A DNA stretch of 64,000 nucleotides from Felis catus (taxonomy: Eukaryota), in NCBI RefSeq assembly GCF_018350175.1, contig NC_058368.1, forward strand, positions 39,868,001 through 39,932,000. The letters are read 5' to 3'. Each line of letters begins with the position of its first letter. Position 1 is the stretch's first letter. The position numbers and the translations under genes are program-made. This document shows, one piece after another, positions 12,407 through 25,468 of this stretch. The notes beneath the pieces were generated by a model that saw only the letters and a list, made by a program, of their open reading frames with translations, was not told where the DNA came from and did not search any database.

Positions 12407-13613
12407 ACTGAACTAGGTGATTATCTTAAATATCACCAGGCATGGAATAAAATCTGTATAACTTCAGAAATTCATTTTCATGTACACTATATTTTGATAT
12501 CACTTCCTTTGCCCACCTCAAAGTACTTTTAAAAAGTTAAATTTTAAAAATATATGATAAACCTAGAACATGTGTTGTAACACAGAATAGAATTGTTAAT
12601 GGAATAGATTCTGTTAACTTTATTATCTAAAGTTCTAGTCCATGAGGTCACACTTGAAGGATTATTTTGGGGACAAATAAATTGGGAGAGTAAAAGTCTA
12701 TCCCTCGGTGGGACAGCAGTTATCCTTATGTTGTTAACATGTATCAGTTTATCTGCAACATATCTTAGTTTTATGTTTTAATATTCTTCACAGTTCCTTA
12801 GGGAAAACAAATATGTTTTACTAAAAATAATTAAAAACTATTGATCTAATATTATTACAATTGGCCAATATTAATATCAGTTTTCTACTGTTATGGAATA
12901 GTTCTAGATTATACACTAAAATAGCGTTGGGTTTGATTTAATAATACCATTGTCAATTTTGTTAACCGGAAATTAGTCAGCGAGTGTATAAGAAAGTGAG
13001 ACAAAGTAGACTGTAAGCTATTGCCATAATCAAAGCAGTCAGGTGGTATGTAGCATATGTACAATTATTCAAAATTTGAATTACATCATATTTTCACACT
13101 TTCAATGTCCTCCTAAAACATTGCTAAATAAAAACATCTACATATCATGCATATATCATAAGCACTGTAACATCAGCCCAGAATAAGTTATTATCTTTTT
13201 ATTACAAACAAAGAAGTTCAGTCTTTAAGAGGTCAATTAACTCTCCCAGGGTCACACAGAAAGAAAAAAAAAATATTTCTGGTTTCCTTCAGTAGATTTT
13301 AATGTTTTCAGCAACACTTCCTGTACACTTAGCATGGTGCTTCATATGAGTGTGGAGTCAATAAATCTTCTTGACTGACTAATCTCTAAGTGAAGCTGAT
13401 TGTAGCAATTCTAACCTAGTAAGATTAGCATACCATTTCCCTAATTTTATTTTTCCAGTCATAATAAAATAGTGGAGGGAATATACTGATTAAGTCCCAT
13501 ATGAATGTTCTTGAAACTAATGGAAAGGAGGAGCAAAGAAGAAACTCATTGCTCCTACCTACCACCTTGAATCTCACCTATAAAGAAACAGTGACATTTA
13601 AGATATAAATTAC

Positions 13614-13836
13614 GGGCGCCTAGGTGGCTCAGTCAGTTAAGTCTACTTCGGCTCAGGTCATGATCTCACGGTTTGTGAGTCGAGCCCCGCGTCAGGCTCT
13701 GTGCTGACAGCTCAGAGCCTGGAGCCTGCTTCAGATTCTGTGTCTCCCTCTCTCTCTGTCCCTCCCCTGCTCATGCTCTGTCTCTCTGTGTCTCAAAAAT
13801 AAATAAAACATTTAAAAAATTCTTTAAAAATAAAAA
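13614..13836 (+). mobile_element. CAN-SINE
   Basis: TSD aagatataaatta on both flanks. Confidence 0.96.
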
Positions 13837-14359
13837 AAGATATAAATTAGATCTTGCAGAGCTAACTCTTGGGTTCAGACCTTAGGAAAACAAGTTGTAT
13901 ACTCTGAAAGCTGAAACCAATACTACGTTTTAAAAACATTTTTTAATAGCATTCTAAATGTAGTTTGAATAATTGTCCAGGAAGGCTCGACAAAAAGTAG
14001 TAATTGATGCATTGTGTTTTCAAAGAGATTAATGTACAAAGGATAGGGGATAGAAGGAGTGTTGAGAGTCAACCTACTCCACTACTATTAACCTTATCTT
14101 TTGAAGGGAAATAAATGCTCAGTCACCACGGACTATAGCATACAGGCTTCTTGGGTCCAGGCCCTTCTTTCTGCTAGTCCAGAAGTGATATACGAACAAA
14201 TATATATGAGGCTGAATGATGATGATATTTTCCAACAACACATCTAACGTATGATTCTTAGTGTTGCTGCACAGGCCTTTTTGCTCGTGAGATAGCAAAT
14301 AAATAAAACTTGCAGTCCCAAAATAAATTTTAATTGATCCCAATCAAAATAATAGTAAT

Positions 14360-15480
14360 TTGAAAGAAACCCAATATTGAAATGATCATAAATTATTTTT
14401 AAAAAGGTAAGAATGTACTAAGACAACTGAAATTAATACACATAATAAAAAAGTTTTCCATGGATTCTGTGAAATAAAAAAAACAAAGGAACAGAACTCA
14501 AAGAAAATATAATAGGAAAAGCACAACTTCATGAAAACTGAACTGGCACAGCTAGGAATAGACATGAAGAGAAAAACAAACAATAACAGAAAACAGGACC
14601 TGTTGAAAATAAACTCAGGAACCAGAAGATCTGACATATGTAAGAAGAATATAACATAGAAAAATAAAACATTAAAGTGATTAGGAAAAAATGTTAAATT
14701 GATGAAAAATTTTAAATAAAGTAAAATATATATTAGATGATTATTTAAAAATCAAAGTACATTTTTCTAAAATAAAGGAATACCTATATTGATTGTTTAA
14801 ATATTTTATAGTGTCCCAAAGGGACAGTATTATATGATAGCAGAAATATAGATGTATTTTTATACACACACACACATATATACAAATCTGAAACAAAATA
14901 TTAGCAAAGAAAATCCAAAATTATAAAAAAGACACAATGCTCCAAGACTAACATATTTATTTCAAAACTGAAAGACTAAATTAATATTAGAAAATATATA
15001 AATGCATCTTATCATATTAACTGAGAAAAGAAGCATCTGACCATTTTACTTGGTGTAGAAAAAAAATCTACAAAATTTACTATATATTCATTATAAAATT
15101 ATCTTATTATCTTAGGGGACCTTTCTTAACCCGATGAAGAGCATCATAAAAGCCTACAGAAAAACAACACAATAAATGGAGACTTGGAAATATTTTTCTT
15201 TAAATCAAGGCTACAAGTTTGCTGTCTACCACAATTTCCAATAAATATTACTCTGAAAATTATGGTCTGTGAAATAAAAAAAGAAAAAAAGAAATTCAGA
15301 AGGATTAAAACATAGAAAATATTATTTGTAGAAAATATGATATCTCCAATGAATGTATCAGTAATTTTACAGAACTAAGAGATGAACTTAGAAGGTGGGT
15401 GGATATACATGAAATTCAAAAGTTAACTGCCTTTCTACACACCAAGCCAAAAAATTAGAAAGAAAAAATTTAAAAGGAAG
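14360..15480 (+). mobile_element. Ancient, highly decayed L1 (ORF1-like and ORF2-like remnants)
   Basis: 14885-15100 (aacaaaatattagcaaa...aatgcatcttatcatattaac) aligns by eye to the ORF2 segment KILNKILANRIQ...INVIHHIN; the A-rich upstream part is less certain. Confidence 0.6.
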
Positions 15481-15483
15481 GCT

Positions 15484-15737
15484 ATCTTGTACCTTTTGAC
15501 TAACATCTTCCCATTTCCTTTACCTCCATCCGCGGTAACCACCATGCTTCTCTGTTTCTATGTATTTGACTCTTTTTAGATTCCACATATAAGTGAGATC
15601 TTGCAGGGTTTTTTTCTTTCTTTCTTTCTGTGTCTGGCTTATTTCATTTAGCATAATGGTACAAAGTTGCAATTACGTATGATGAATAAATCTAGAGATC
15701 TAATGGACAGCATAGTAACCACAGTTAATAACAACAG
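15484..15737. mobile_element. 5'-inverted L1MA-type 3' UTR fragment
   Basis: 15484-15658 is minus-strand 3' UTR and 15659-15737 continues the same consensus on the plus strand; flanked by aggaagg(c/a)tat. Confidence 0.75.
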
Positions 15738-16403
15738 AGGAAGGATATTTATTCATTGACTACTTTTCCAGAGTTTAAAGGTTTTATAATGCAATTACTA
15801 TGCAAATGTTTTGAATAGGCAATATTTTTTAGACAAAATATATCTAATAACAACTAAAGAATAAATATGATAGAAAGGAAAAGGAGAAACAAAAGAAAAC
15901 AAAACAATGGTTTCCTTAAATTTTTCTGTATTATTTCCTGGCTCTTGCTCCTAAGAAAACAATTTTGTCTGAATCTAGTCTGGTAATGCATACCTTAACT
16001 AAATTCAACTTGTGTAGCACATACTGTCATTGATTATTTTAATGAGTGATTTTTTTCCCCTTAGTTTGATGGTCTTGAACATGTATCTGGTGTAAGGGAA
16101 GGAAAACTATTGATCCTCAGAAGGTCACTTTTCTGTATGATTCTATTTAAACCCAATGGCATCCCAGAAACTAGCAACATAGTTAGGCTGGGATTAGACT
16201 AAACACTCCAGATTTACATAAACCTGTTGTTCTCAGATTCCTAGTAGTAGGCTTGAACTCACATGACCTCAGGAAATTCAGAAACGGGAGAAGAAGGTGA
16301 ATTTCCAAGCACCCTATGGCATCAGTAATAAAGTTAAAAAGAGTTGTGCAATTTCATATATAGAGTTTATTTTGTTTTGCTCATTATTAAAATAATTGAA
16401 AGA

Positions 16404-16630
16404 GGGGCGCCTGGGTGGCGCAGTCGGTTAAGCGTCCGACTTCAGCCAGGTCACGATCTCACGGTCCGTGAGTTCGAGCCCCGCATCAGGCTCTGGGCTG
16501 ATGGCTCAGAGCCTGGAGCCTGTTTCTAATTCTGTGTCTCCCTCTCTCTCTGCCCCTACCCCATTCATGCTATGTCTCTCTCTGTCCCAAAAATAAATAA
16601 AAAACGTTGAAAAAAAAATTTAAAAAAAAA
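16404..16630 (+). mobile_element. Young felid SINEC_Fc-type SINE
   Basis: CpG-rich head ggggcgcctgggtggcgcagtcggttaagcgtccgacttcagccaggtcacg; perfect TSD taaaataattgaaagag. Confidence 0.98.
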
Positions 16631-18554
16631 TAAAATAATTGAAAGAGATGAAGAAAAACAGTGAAGACTATTAGAATTTCTGGATTGTACTGGTATACTG
16701 GTAGCTCATCAATTCCTTCTGAGAAAGGACCAATAGTTGGTATAGAAACAACAATTAAAATAAAACGAATAGGCATATTTAGTCTGTAATGGAAAAAAAA
16801 AGACAGCTTCTAATTTCAGCCATTTTTCTCAAAATAAAAACATAAATAAAAACATGTGTCTTGGTACAGAACTCTGTTACCAGACTGGGGGGAAGTTACT
16901 CTTCTTCTGCATTCAAATATACCACAAAATATGTCTATTTTGTATTCTGCTGTAGTTTTCATTGTATTTTTAGGTGTTATACATAATTTAGGGAAAAGGT
17001 GATTCTAGGCACATAAATTCCCTCGGGATGTGATGCCATGCCTTAACTCAGAGCTGTAGTGGGGAAAGCAGCAGGAGTTGGTAGGAAAAGTAAAAGCATG
17101 CGAATAAGATAAAGGCAGAAAACATTAAAAAACAGTATTACTCCCAGGTCTCATATGTATGGCAAAATTGAAATCAAAGCAATATTATAATTATTTTAGG
17201 CAAAACATGAGTGCTTGAAATAACTTGAGTCTTTCACTCCTCATTCCTCTTTCACTCAAGGTACTTGTTTGGGTCCTGGTATCTTTTGAGATTGGGATCT
17301 CTCAAAAAACAAACAAAAACAAAAACAAAAACAAACCAAACAGCTTCTGAATGGCATTTATAATATAATAGTAGCTATGATCATGTGATTATGGTAAATG
17401 TTCACTAATAATTTCTAAATATAAATTAAATCCATAATAACTTGTTGTCACTATGCCATCAATTAAGCATTTGAGCAAAAGTAATATAAGAACATAAGTT
17501 AAACATAAAAAGTACTACACAGCCTCTCCTAAATCAATCAGTAGTCCTTAATAAAATCTTAAACAATATTTCTCATATATTTCTTTGGCAAAAATAAGGA
17601 AGGCAATTTATCTTGGTTCAGAAATAAAACAATAACAGAGGATGAGAGGAATCAGGGAAATACCAAAAGAGATTATTCTCTCTTAAATAATTCAGTGTGG
17701 AAATGAATTGGGTTTAGTGTGATAATCTCTCTGAGAGATCTCTAAAATGATAAAGTGTAATTTAAGGCATCTGGGGCCTACTGATTAAATTATAGTAACA
17801 AGTGAAAAAGGGTTACTGCTGTTTCTGAACTTAAAAAATTGTCTATATATGTATTTTTTTAATCCCCAAAAAGTACATGCAGGATATTTGGTTTTGTTGT
17901 TTGCTTTCTTTATATACCACAGATGTGATTTGATATGCATATTCATTATGAAAGCATCAATTAAGCAGAGTGAGTTAAATGAAGTATGCTAATATGCAAT
18001 GATTCTAAACTACCACAGGGTGGTAGGAGATTCACTTTCCACAACATTTATCTAATTGGCAGAACTAACTGCTTTGCTACACTTCGACCACATTCCAATC
18101 CCTTATTAGAAACTATATCATTGTTACTGCTCAATACATATGAATAAAACCTCAGAGCAAAATTATACTTTAGGATATGCTATACTTAAACAAAAGTTCA
18201 GTTCAACTAGAAAGAATAAGTGTACATATATTAATTTCGTTCCTTTGTTTGTTTGTATGGTTCTTTTTTTGCATATAAAAAAATTTATCTCTAATGATTA
18301 ATGTAGGGGAAGTTCACAGGATACTTATAACAAATTTATCATATTATTTATTTGTTATACCACTTGAATTATTATTTCATCAAAATACTCCCCAATATGG
18401 AAAAATACCTGTACATATTATTAAGAATTTGAGATGAAAAAATTAATAAATATCTGCAGTCCAAATTTTATTTTATACATATATAAAATAAGACTAGAAT
18501 ATGTTACAAAGATCACACAGTTTGTGAAATAACTAACTCAATCAACTGAGTCTA

Positions 18555-19625
18555 TTTTTTAATTTTTTTAATTTAAATTCCAATTAGCACATACAGTAAT
18601 ATTAGTTCAGGTGTACAATAGTGATTCGTCATTTCCATACCATACCTGGTGCTCATCACAGCCAAGTGCACCCCTTAATCCCCGTTACCTATTTCAACCA
18701 TCCTCCTACCAACTTCCCCACTGATAATCATCAGTTTGTTCTCAATAGTTAAGAGTCTGCTTTATGATTTGCCTCCCTCTCTTTTTGTTTTCTTTTATTC
18801 CTTTATTTTGTTTCTTAAATTCCACGTGATTGAAATCATAGGGTATTTTTCTTTCTCTGACTTATTTCACTGAGCATAATACTCTCTAGCTCCATCCATG
18901 TCACAGCAAATGGCAAGGTTTCATTCTTTTTTTATGGCTGAGTAATATTCCACCATGTATATACATGTATACACATCACAACTTCTTTATCCATTTACCA
19001 GTTGATGGACATTTGGGCTGTTTCCATAATTTGGCTATTGTTGGTAATGCTGCTATTAACATTGAGGTGCATGTATCCCTTTGAATTAGTAGTTTTGTAT
19101 CCTTTGAGTAAATACCTAGTAGTGCAATTGCTGGATTGTAGGGTGGTTCTATTTTTAACTTTTTAAGGAAACTGCATACCGTTTTCCACAGTGGCTTTAC
19201 CAGTTTGCAATCCCAACAACAGTGCAAAAGGGTTCCCTTTCTCCACATCCTCACCAATGTCTATTGTTTCTTGTGCTGTTGATTTTAGTCATTCTGACAG
19301 GTGTGAGGTGATATCTCATTGTAGTTTTGGTTTGCATTTCCCTGATGATCAGTGATGTTCATCAACTTTTCACGTGTCTATCGGCCATCTGTATGTCTTC
19401 TTTGGGAAAATATTTATGTCTTCTTCCCATTTTTTATTGGATTATTCATTTTTGGAGTGTTGAGTGCTATAAGTTTTTTGTATATTTTGGATACTAACCC
19501 TTTACCAGACAATTGTCATTTGTAAATATCTTCTCCAATTCCATAGGTTGCCTTTTAGTTTGATTGTTTCATTCACTGTGCAGAAGCTTTTTATTTTGAT
19601 GAAGTTCCAATAGTTTATTTTTGCT
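18555..19625 (-). mobile_element. 5'-truncated L1 (ORF2 C-terminus and 3' UTR)
   Basis: ORF 18976-19257 (...[31 protein letters not shown]...) is L1 ORF2p; T-tail at 18555; diverged TSD ctga(g/a)tc(t/c)atttttta. Confidence 0.96.
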
Positions 19626-20209
19626 GAATCCATTTTTTATACAAACTATTCATTATATTAATATATGTATTGATTAAACCATCTATATGTAGTCATCAAG
19701 AGATTTTTTAAATCATTATACTAAAGACATGTAGGCCAACTGGGTTGATGACAAATACATGTAGTGAGGAGTTTTTCACTGTCATTATTTTCTATGCATA
19801 TTCATAATGGATTGGTAAAATTTTTTACTACTTTTACATTATCCAGTATTTTGGTAACCATTTTTTTTTCTTTTTATAAGGTCAAAAGACAACTTGTACA
19901 ACATTCACTATCTACCAATATGACAAAAATAGATTTAAAAAGGACAGTACTAGAACTAGTTTTTTTCATCAAATAACACCATTTAAATATCCATTGCCTT
20001 TTTAAAGTATTTATTATGCATACCTATTTAAGGACATCTTAATCTCACCATGGGTTTTAAAAACATTTTTTCTTTTCTCTTGAAGTTGGGATTCAACTTA
20101 TCCAAACTAGAAACACTGTGTCACTTCTCAAATCCTTGATAGAAATAGAAGTTTCACATCATTTAATTTTATAAATGCAATAGTCAACACATGTTTATAT
20201 CCTATTTTG

Positions 20210-20210
<1 letters not shown>

Positions 20211-20245
<35 letters not shown>
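20211..20245. repeat. (TA)n microsatellite
   Basis: Direct reading. Confidence 0.95.
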
Positions 20246-20247
<2 letters not shown>

Positions 20248-22224
20248 ATACAAAATTCTAATTCCAATTGAAATTTGGAGACTATATAGTAAAATTATTT
20301 TAAAAGTTTTAGATTTCTCAAAAGTCTTTAATATATATGAAATATATTTTTCTACCTTTTCCAAGAATTTATGATTATTCTTCGTCTATGTAATTTATAA
20401 AAAGAAAGTACTGTGTTGGGATTTAATAAGATATTGTAGGTAATTTATGTTTTACCTTAATAATTTTACATATTTACTGGAATATAAGAATCACAAATAC
20501 TGGAACTTGTTCCATGACCCAAATCACTCTTCTATAATATCCACTTTAACACCACATACAAAAAAAGTAGGCATGAGAATTTTTAGGGAGGGAGTAAAAT
20601 GGTGAAGTAGTGTTACTAAATTCTGCTAAAAAATTACTGCCAGGGTGTATAAAGGGAGAAACTCTAAACACACAAGGGGCAACTAAGACGTGGATATAGT
20701 ATTATTCCTTGGTAAGTAAAAGAGCCTTCAGAAACTGGTAGGGATATAGAAAGGAAGGGAACAGGGTAAGAAATTTGTGGAAGTAAGGGTTACCTTCAGA
20801 TGAAGGACAGTAAGGGTAGTAAAGGATAGTAAAGAAAAGGTTGCTATCATATAGGACCGTAAAGATTTAGCACGGAGCCATTAATAAAACCATAAAAATC
20901 CAAAAGAAAATCTATTTGGTATCAGCATATAATGAGATTAGTTGTAAATATATTGAATTTGAAGGATTGGTATTGCATTCTAAGAGCATTATTAGCTGTT
21001 AAGAGATTGAGAACTAGATCATATGGGAGTCTTTTTTTTAAAAACATGAATTTTGGAGCCAAGTATAAAGATTAGACATATGAATAAATCAAAATGAATG
21101 AGACAAAAGTGCAAAGGTTAAGACAGAAATGTGTGAAATGCCAGAATGTCGAAGTCAGTGAAAAGAACCAAACTATGAGTTTTTAAAATGAAAACTAAAA
21201 TAAAATAGTGTGGGTCACCCAATCAGATTGTGGTCTCCTCTTCTAAGCCCCCATGCATGTTATAGCTCCCTAACTAGACAGGAAATTCCTTCATCATCTT
21301 TTCCACAGACACACTTAACACTTTATCTCACTGAACTAAATAACTGTTGCCTTCATGGAAAAATCCCATATGGCATTCAATAATATCAAAAGGTTTAGAA
21401 CATTATGTTTGATGTTTTGGAAGTCATTAGTGATAAGCAGGGATGAGGGAGTATAAATCATTCTGTCAAATCAAAAAAGACATTCAATTTAAAGAAAAAG
21501 GTTTTTTTTTTCTATAGGATCATGATTCTTGTTTTACTCATATATGAAAAAAAATTAGTAATATGCCCAAAATTAGTATTTTACTGTTAAAATGCATCTA
21601 TGCATTTTCCCAATCACTAAAAGTATGATGCTTTCAACTCATTAATTTCATAGTCAATAAATCTTTAAATCTAAATAATATCAAATTATTACCTAGACAT
21701 TTTATGAGTAGAGAAGAGTTTCTACATTTTGATGTCTTCCATGGTGGCCAAAATGTAGTATGAATAGTATTTTAGAAGCTTTTAGAGAAATAAAATAAAG
21801 GGTGCAAAATTTCTGCTTATGTGTGAATTTAAAATGTAAAAAAACCCTGCAGATTTTTCATTTGCCCTTTATTAATCCATGACACTGGAGATGACCAGTG
21901 AGAAAGGATAAATAACCAGAACGTGTACCACAGCCACCTAAGCATTGGTCCTGGAGGCAGTTTTCCATTTCTAGTTAGAAAGGGACCCAAGCAGAACAAA
22001 AAGGAGTCACTTTGCTGTGGAGTCAGCATATTGAATTTGGGTGGGGGAAGAAGCCTGGAATTTGTGGGACAGAGTACCAGAACAGGTGATTGTTATAGAT
22101 CACTGTGGAAGAGAAAAATATTACAAAGACCTGTAAACTGAACAATTCACAGAACTCACACAGAATTGGTAGATAACTCAATGTTATTATTCATATTATT
22201 ATCCAGTTGGATTTACAAGCTCAA

Positions 22225-23400
22225 TTCGTACTAAATCAAGATCCTCATACTGGTTTTTTTTGAGGATTTGGCAAGCTAATTCTAAAATGTATATGAAAAT
22301 GCACAGAAACTAAAATAAACAAAATAATTTTGAAAGGGAGCAAAAAATAGAAGTAAATTCCTAAGTTCAAGAGAGAATATAAAGCTACATTTTCAAGAAA
22401 ATATAGGATTGGCTCTCAGACACACAGATAGATTAATGGACCAGAATAAAATCCAGAAATAAACCTATGACATTTTTTTTAATTTAAGAAATATACTGGT
22501 GTAATTAAATGTACAAAGGCAAGACTTTTCAATAAATGGTGCTGAAAAAAAACTGAATATTTATAAGGAAAAAGTAACTTAGACTCTATCTCACATCATA
22601 CATGATATTATATCAAAATAAATTATACAGTCAACCTTAAAATTACAGAGGCATCTAGCTGGCTCAGTTGGTAGAGTATGAGACTCTTGATCTCAGGGCC
22701 ATTACTGCAGTGGGTGCAGTGCTTACTTCAAAAAAATATATATGGAACTGAAGAAAAACAATTTAGGAAAAATCTTCATGAGCTTGAGATAAAGACTTCT
22801 CATACTAGACACAGAAGAAAACCATGGTTTATTAAAATTAAAGTCCTTTGTCCTTTAAGCTTACATACTCAGAGTAAATATCATATAAATACTATATAGA
22901 AACATGTATATACACATAATGTATATATTTGACATTTTTTATTCGGTATATGCAAAATTTCATACAACTCAAGAAAGAATACTAACAAAATTTTTAAAAA
23001 GGCAAAACTTTTGAGTAGACTTCAACAAAAAGATAAATGACCAATTAGCACAAAACGTAGTCAAAATCGTTTGTCATTGGTAAAAGGTGATTGTCATGTC
23101 TTAGCAAGGATGTGGACCAACTGGAACTCTCATATATTGCTGGTATTGTATTGACATGAACTTCTATAGCAGGCAAAAGTAAAGTGACAGAAAGCATATC
23201 AGTGGTAATCAGGAGTTGTGTGTGAGCAGAGGTGCTGATTGCAGAAACACACAATTGAACTTATTGGTCGCATATAAATGTTGTATATCTTGTTTGCGAT
23301 AATAATTAGCCATACACATTTGTCAACAACAAACTGTAAATTTAAGGTGTGTGCATTTTACTATCTGAAAAAATACACCTCTATAAACTTGATTTAAGAT
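22225..23400 (+). mobile_element. Ancient L1 (L1M-type) ORF2/3' UTR remnant
   Basis: gcaagctaattctaaaatgtatatgaaaatgc, ttttcaataaatggtgctg, gcaaggatgtggaccaactggaactctcatatattgctggt. Confidence 0.75.
22648..22736 (+). mobile_element. Short tRNA-derived carnivore SINE without CT tract, internally deleted
   Basis: gctggctcagttggtagagtatgagactcttgatctcaggg...gggtgcagtgcttactt followed by an A-tail. Confidence 0.8.
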
Positions 23401-25148
23401 GTAATAAATATTTAAAATGTCTAATTGTAGGACTTTTGAACCAGTTTTAATATGTTCTTTATGTTTCATTCATTTTCATGTATATGTACCCTGCTTCAAT
23501 TAAATTAATATTCAATTAACATAAACTACTAATCTGAACCATATTTTTTTTAGTTTTTCAACTAAGATAAATATCATCTTAATGATGTAGACAGTTGCAG
23601 TACTCAAACACTTAGGTCCTGTGAAGAACTACATATGAGTGATTTACATAACAGAGGTGAGAGTCTGTGCTATACTTTATTTCATCCAAATATATATGAA
23701 CCAATATGGGAGGAAGAAAAATGCACACTATTAATTAGGGCATGTCTGCCACACTCGGGTTTCATTCTACATTTTTCAGTCCCCAGATAAAACATTAAGG
23801 TCTGACCTACTCTATGTCTGTACAAGCATTGATTTGTAACACCAGGTAAGACAGCACAATCAAAGAGCAAAGTCAAAAAGAAACATCAGCTCCTTGCAGA
23901 AGATGAAAGCTTTGTTGTTAGTCATACTATTGATGGCATCACTAATGTAGTTACCAGCTAAACTTAGAAACTAAGCAGAAAGATTCATCCTCATCACATC
24001 TACCCTCATGACTGTATTTCTTTGGAAAGGGAGGCTGCTAATTATCAGGCATATTTGTGCATTTAAGATGTCTTTCTTTCTTTCTTTTTCTTCCTATCTT
24101 TCTTCCAAATCTGTCTTTACAAAAATAAATCTCAAAGCTAGATATCATAACCTCCTTCCACCATAGCAAGCCCAGTAATGCCACAGCATGTGTAGAATTT
24201 TAGACAAACGTTTTCTATTTACTAATCAATCATCTACATTTTAAAACTACAACAGAGAGAGAGCATAGAAATATATTTCAGAAACAAATTTACATATGCA
24301 ACTAATTCATTTAATGCCCAGAAAGGAACACGTACACATATGCCAATGTCATTGTCAAAAGCCTTTAAAAAGCATAAAGTGCTAAATTAGCATAATAAAT
24401 ATTCATTGGTATTATCTATTACCAGAAGTAGCACAAAGCCCTTGTTTACCAAGTTTTAGAATGTTTCCATTGTTCAACTGTGAGATATTATGGAGATTGA
24501 ATGAAAATATTCTCTGTATTAGCAAAGGGAAAATTAGATTGGCTATTCCAAAAAGTCAAAATAATTAGAGGATTTTGTGCAGAAAACCTGAAATTTTTCA
24601 TTCATGTTAACAGTTGAAACAAATGCTGAGCTGCTATTCTGGGTAAGTACTGTCTTTCAAATGATAATTTCTATTTAATGGTGTTTAGTAACTATTAGTA
24701 ACATTAGAGTTCATGTGAGACCTTCAAATCAGCAAACACTCTTAAGAGGGAAGAATTTGGCATGTTAAGTAGATGAATCACTCTATTGTTGAACTACTCC
24801 AAATTCTCCCACTTTTTGGGGGTGTTGAGGTTTGGATTTTTTTAAGGATTTGTTTGTTTGCCCTCAGTGGAACTGCAACTGTCCATTACTCATATAAGTT
24901 CATACTTTTAGGGTTAAGAGAAGAAGTATACTCTACTTTCTACAAAAATAGCCCTTTTGACTCTGAAGGTCACTACAGTGTCTTGAACTTTTATCTTTTA
25001 GCCTGTCTAAAGTGAATAGTGGTATGCCAGAGCCAAGCATGGCATTGAATACTAAATTTTCAGGAATTTTGTTAACATTTGACACCAGATTGATAGCTTA
25101 AAATTGAGCATGGCATAGTATTTTACACCCTAATTATTAAAAAATGCC

Positions 25149-25181
25149 ATCTCTGTCCCAAAAATAAATAAACGTTGAAAA
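25149..25181 (+). mobile_element. Extremely 5'-truncated SINEC (3' terminus only)
   Basis: tctctgtcccaaaaataaataaacgttgaaaa is identical to the 3' end of the young copies at 28044 and 60892; TSD taaaaaatgcc at 25138 and 25182. Confidence 0.9.
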
Positions 25182-25295
25182 TAAAAAATGCCGTAATCAA
25201 GCCTTCCCTCCTGCTGACCTTCAGCTGGTTATTTCAACATATTAATCATGTATCAACATGACATCCCATTTCAAAAGTAATTTTTTTCCAGAAAA

Positions 25296-25468
25296 AAGAG
25301 AGAAAAGAAAGGAAAAGGAGAGAAAGAAAGGGAAGGATGGAAAAGTGGGGCACAGAAGGAAAAAAGGAAGGAAGGAAGGAAGGAAGGAAGGAAGGAAGGA
25401 AGGAAGGAAGGAAGGAAGGAGGAAGGAAGGATGGAAGAGTGGAAGGGAGGGAGGGAGGAAAGAAGGAA
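25296..25468. repeat. Polypurine tract with (GGAA)n core
   Basis: Direct reading; pure GGAA run at about 25366-25417. Confidence 0.95.

Noticed and set aside
22648..22736. Possible tRNA gene
   Set aside because: Only the A-box half is tRNA-like; the T-arm is deleted and an A-tail follows, so it is a SINE remnant.
24614..24642. Plus-strand 29-nt micro-exon candidate ending in gtaagt
   Set aside because: Too short to distinguish from chance, and no supporting plus-strand exon chain.
25017..25256. Possible ancient hAT-type DNA transposon around the micro-SINE
   Set aside because: Resemblance is by recall only; terminal inverted repeats are not convincingly visible.
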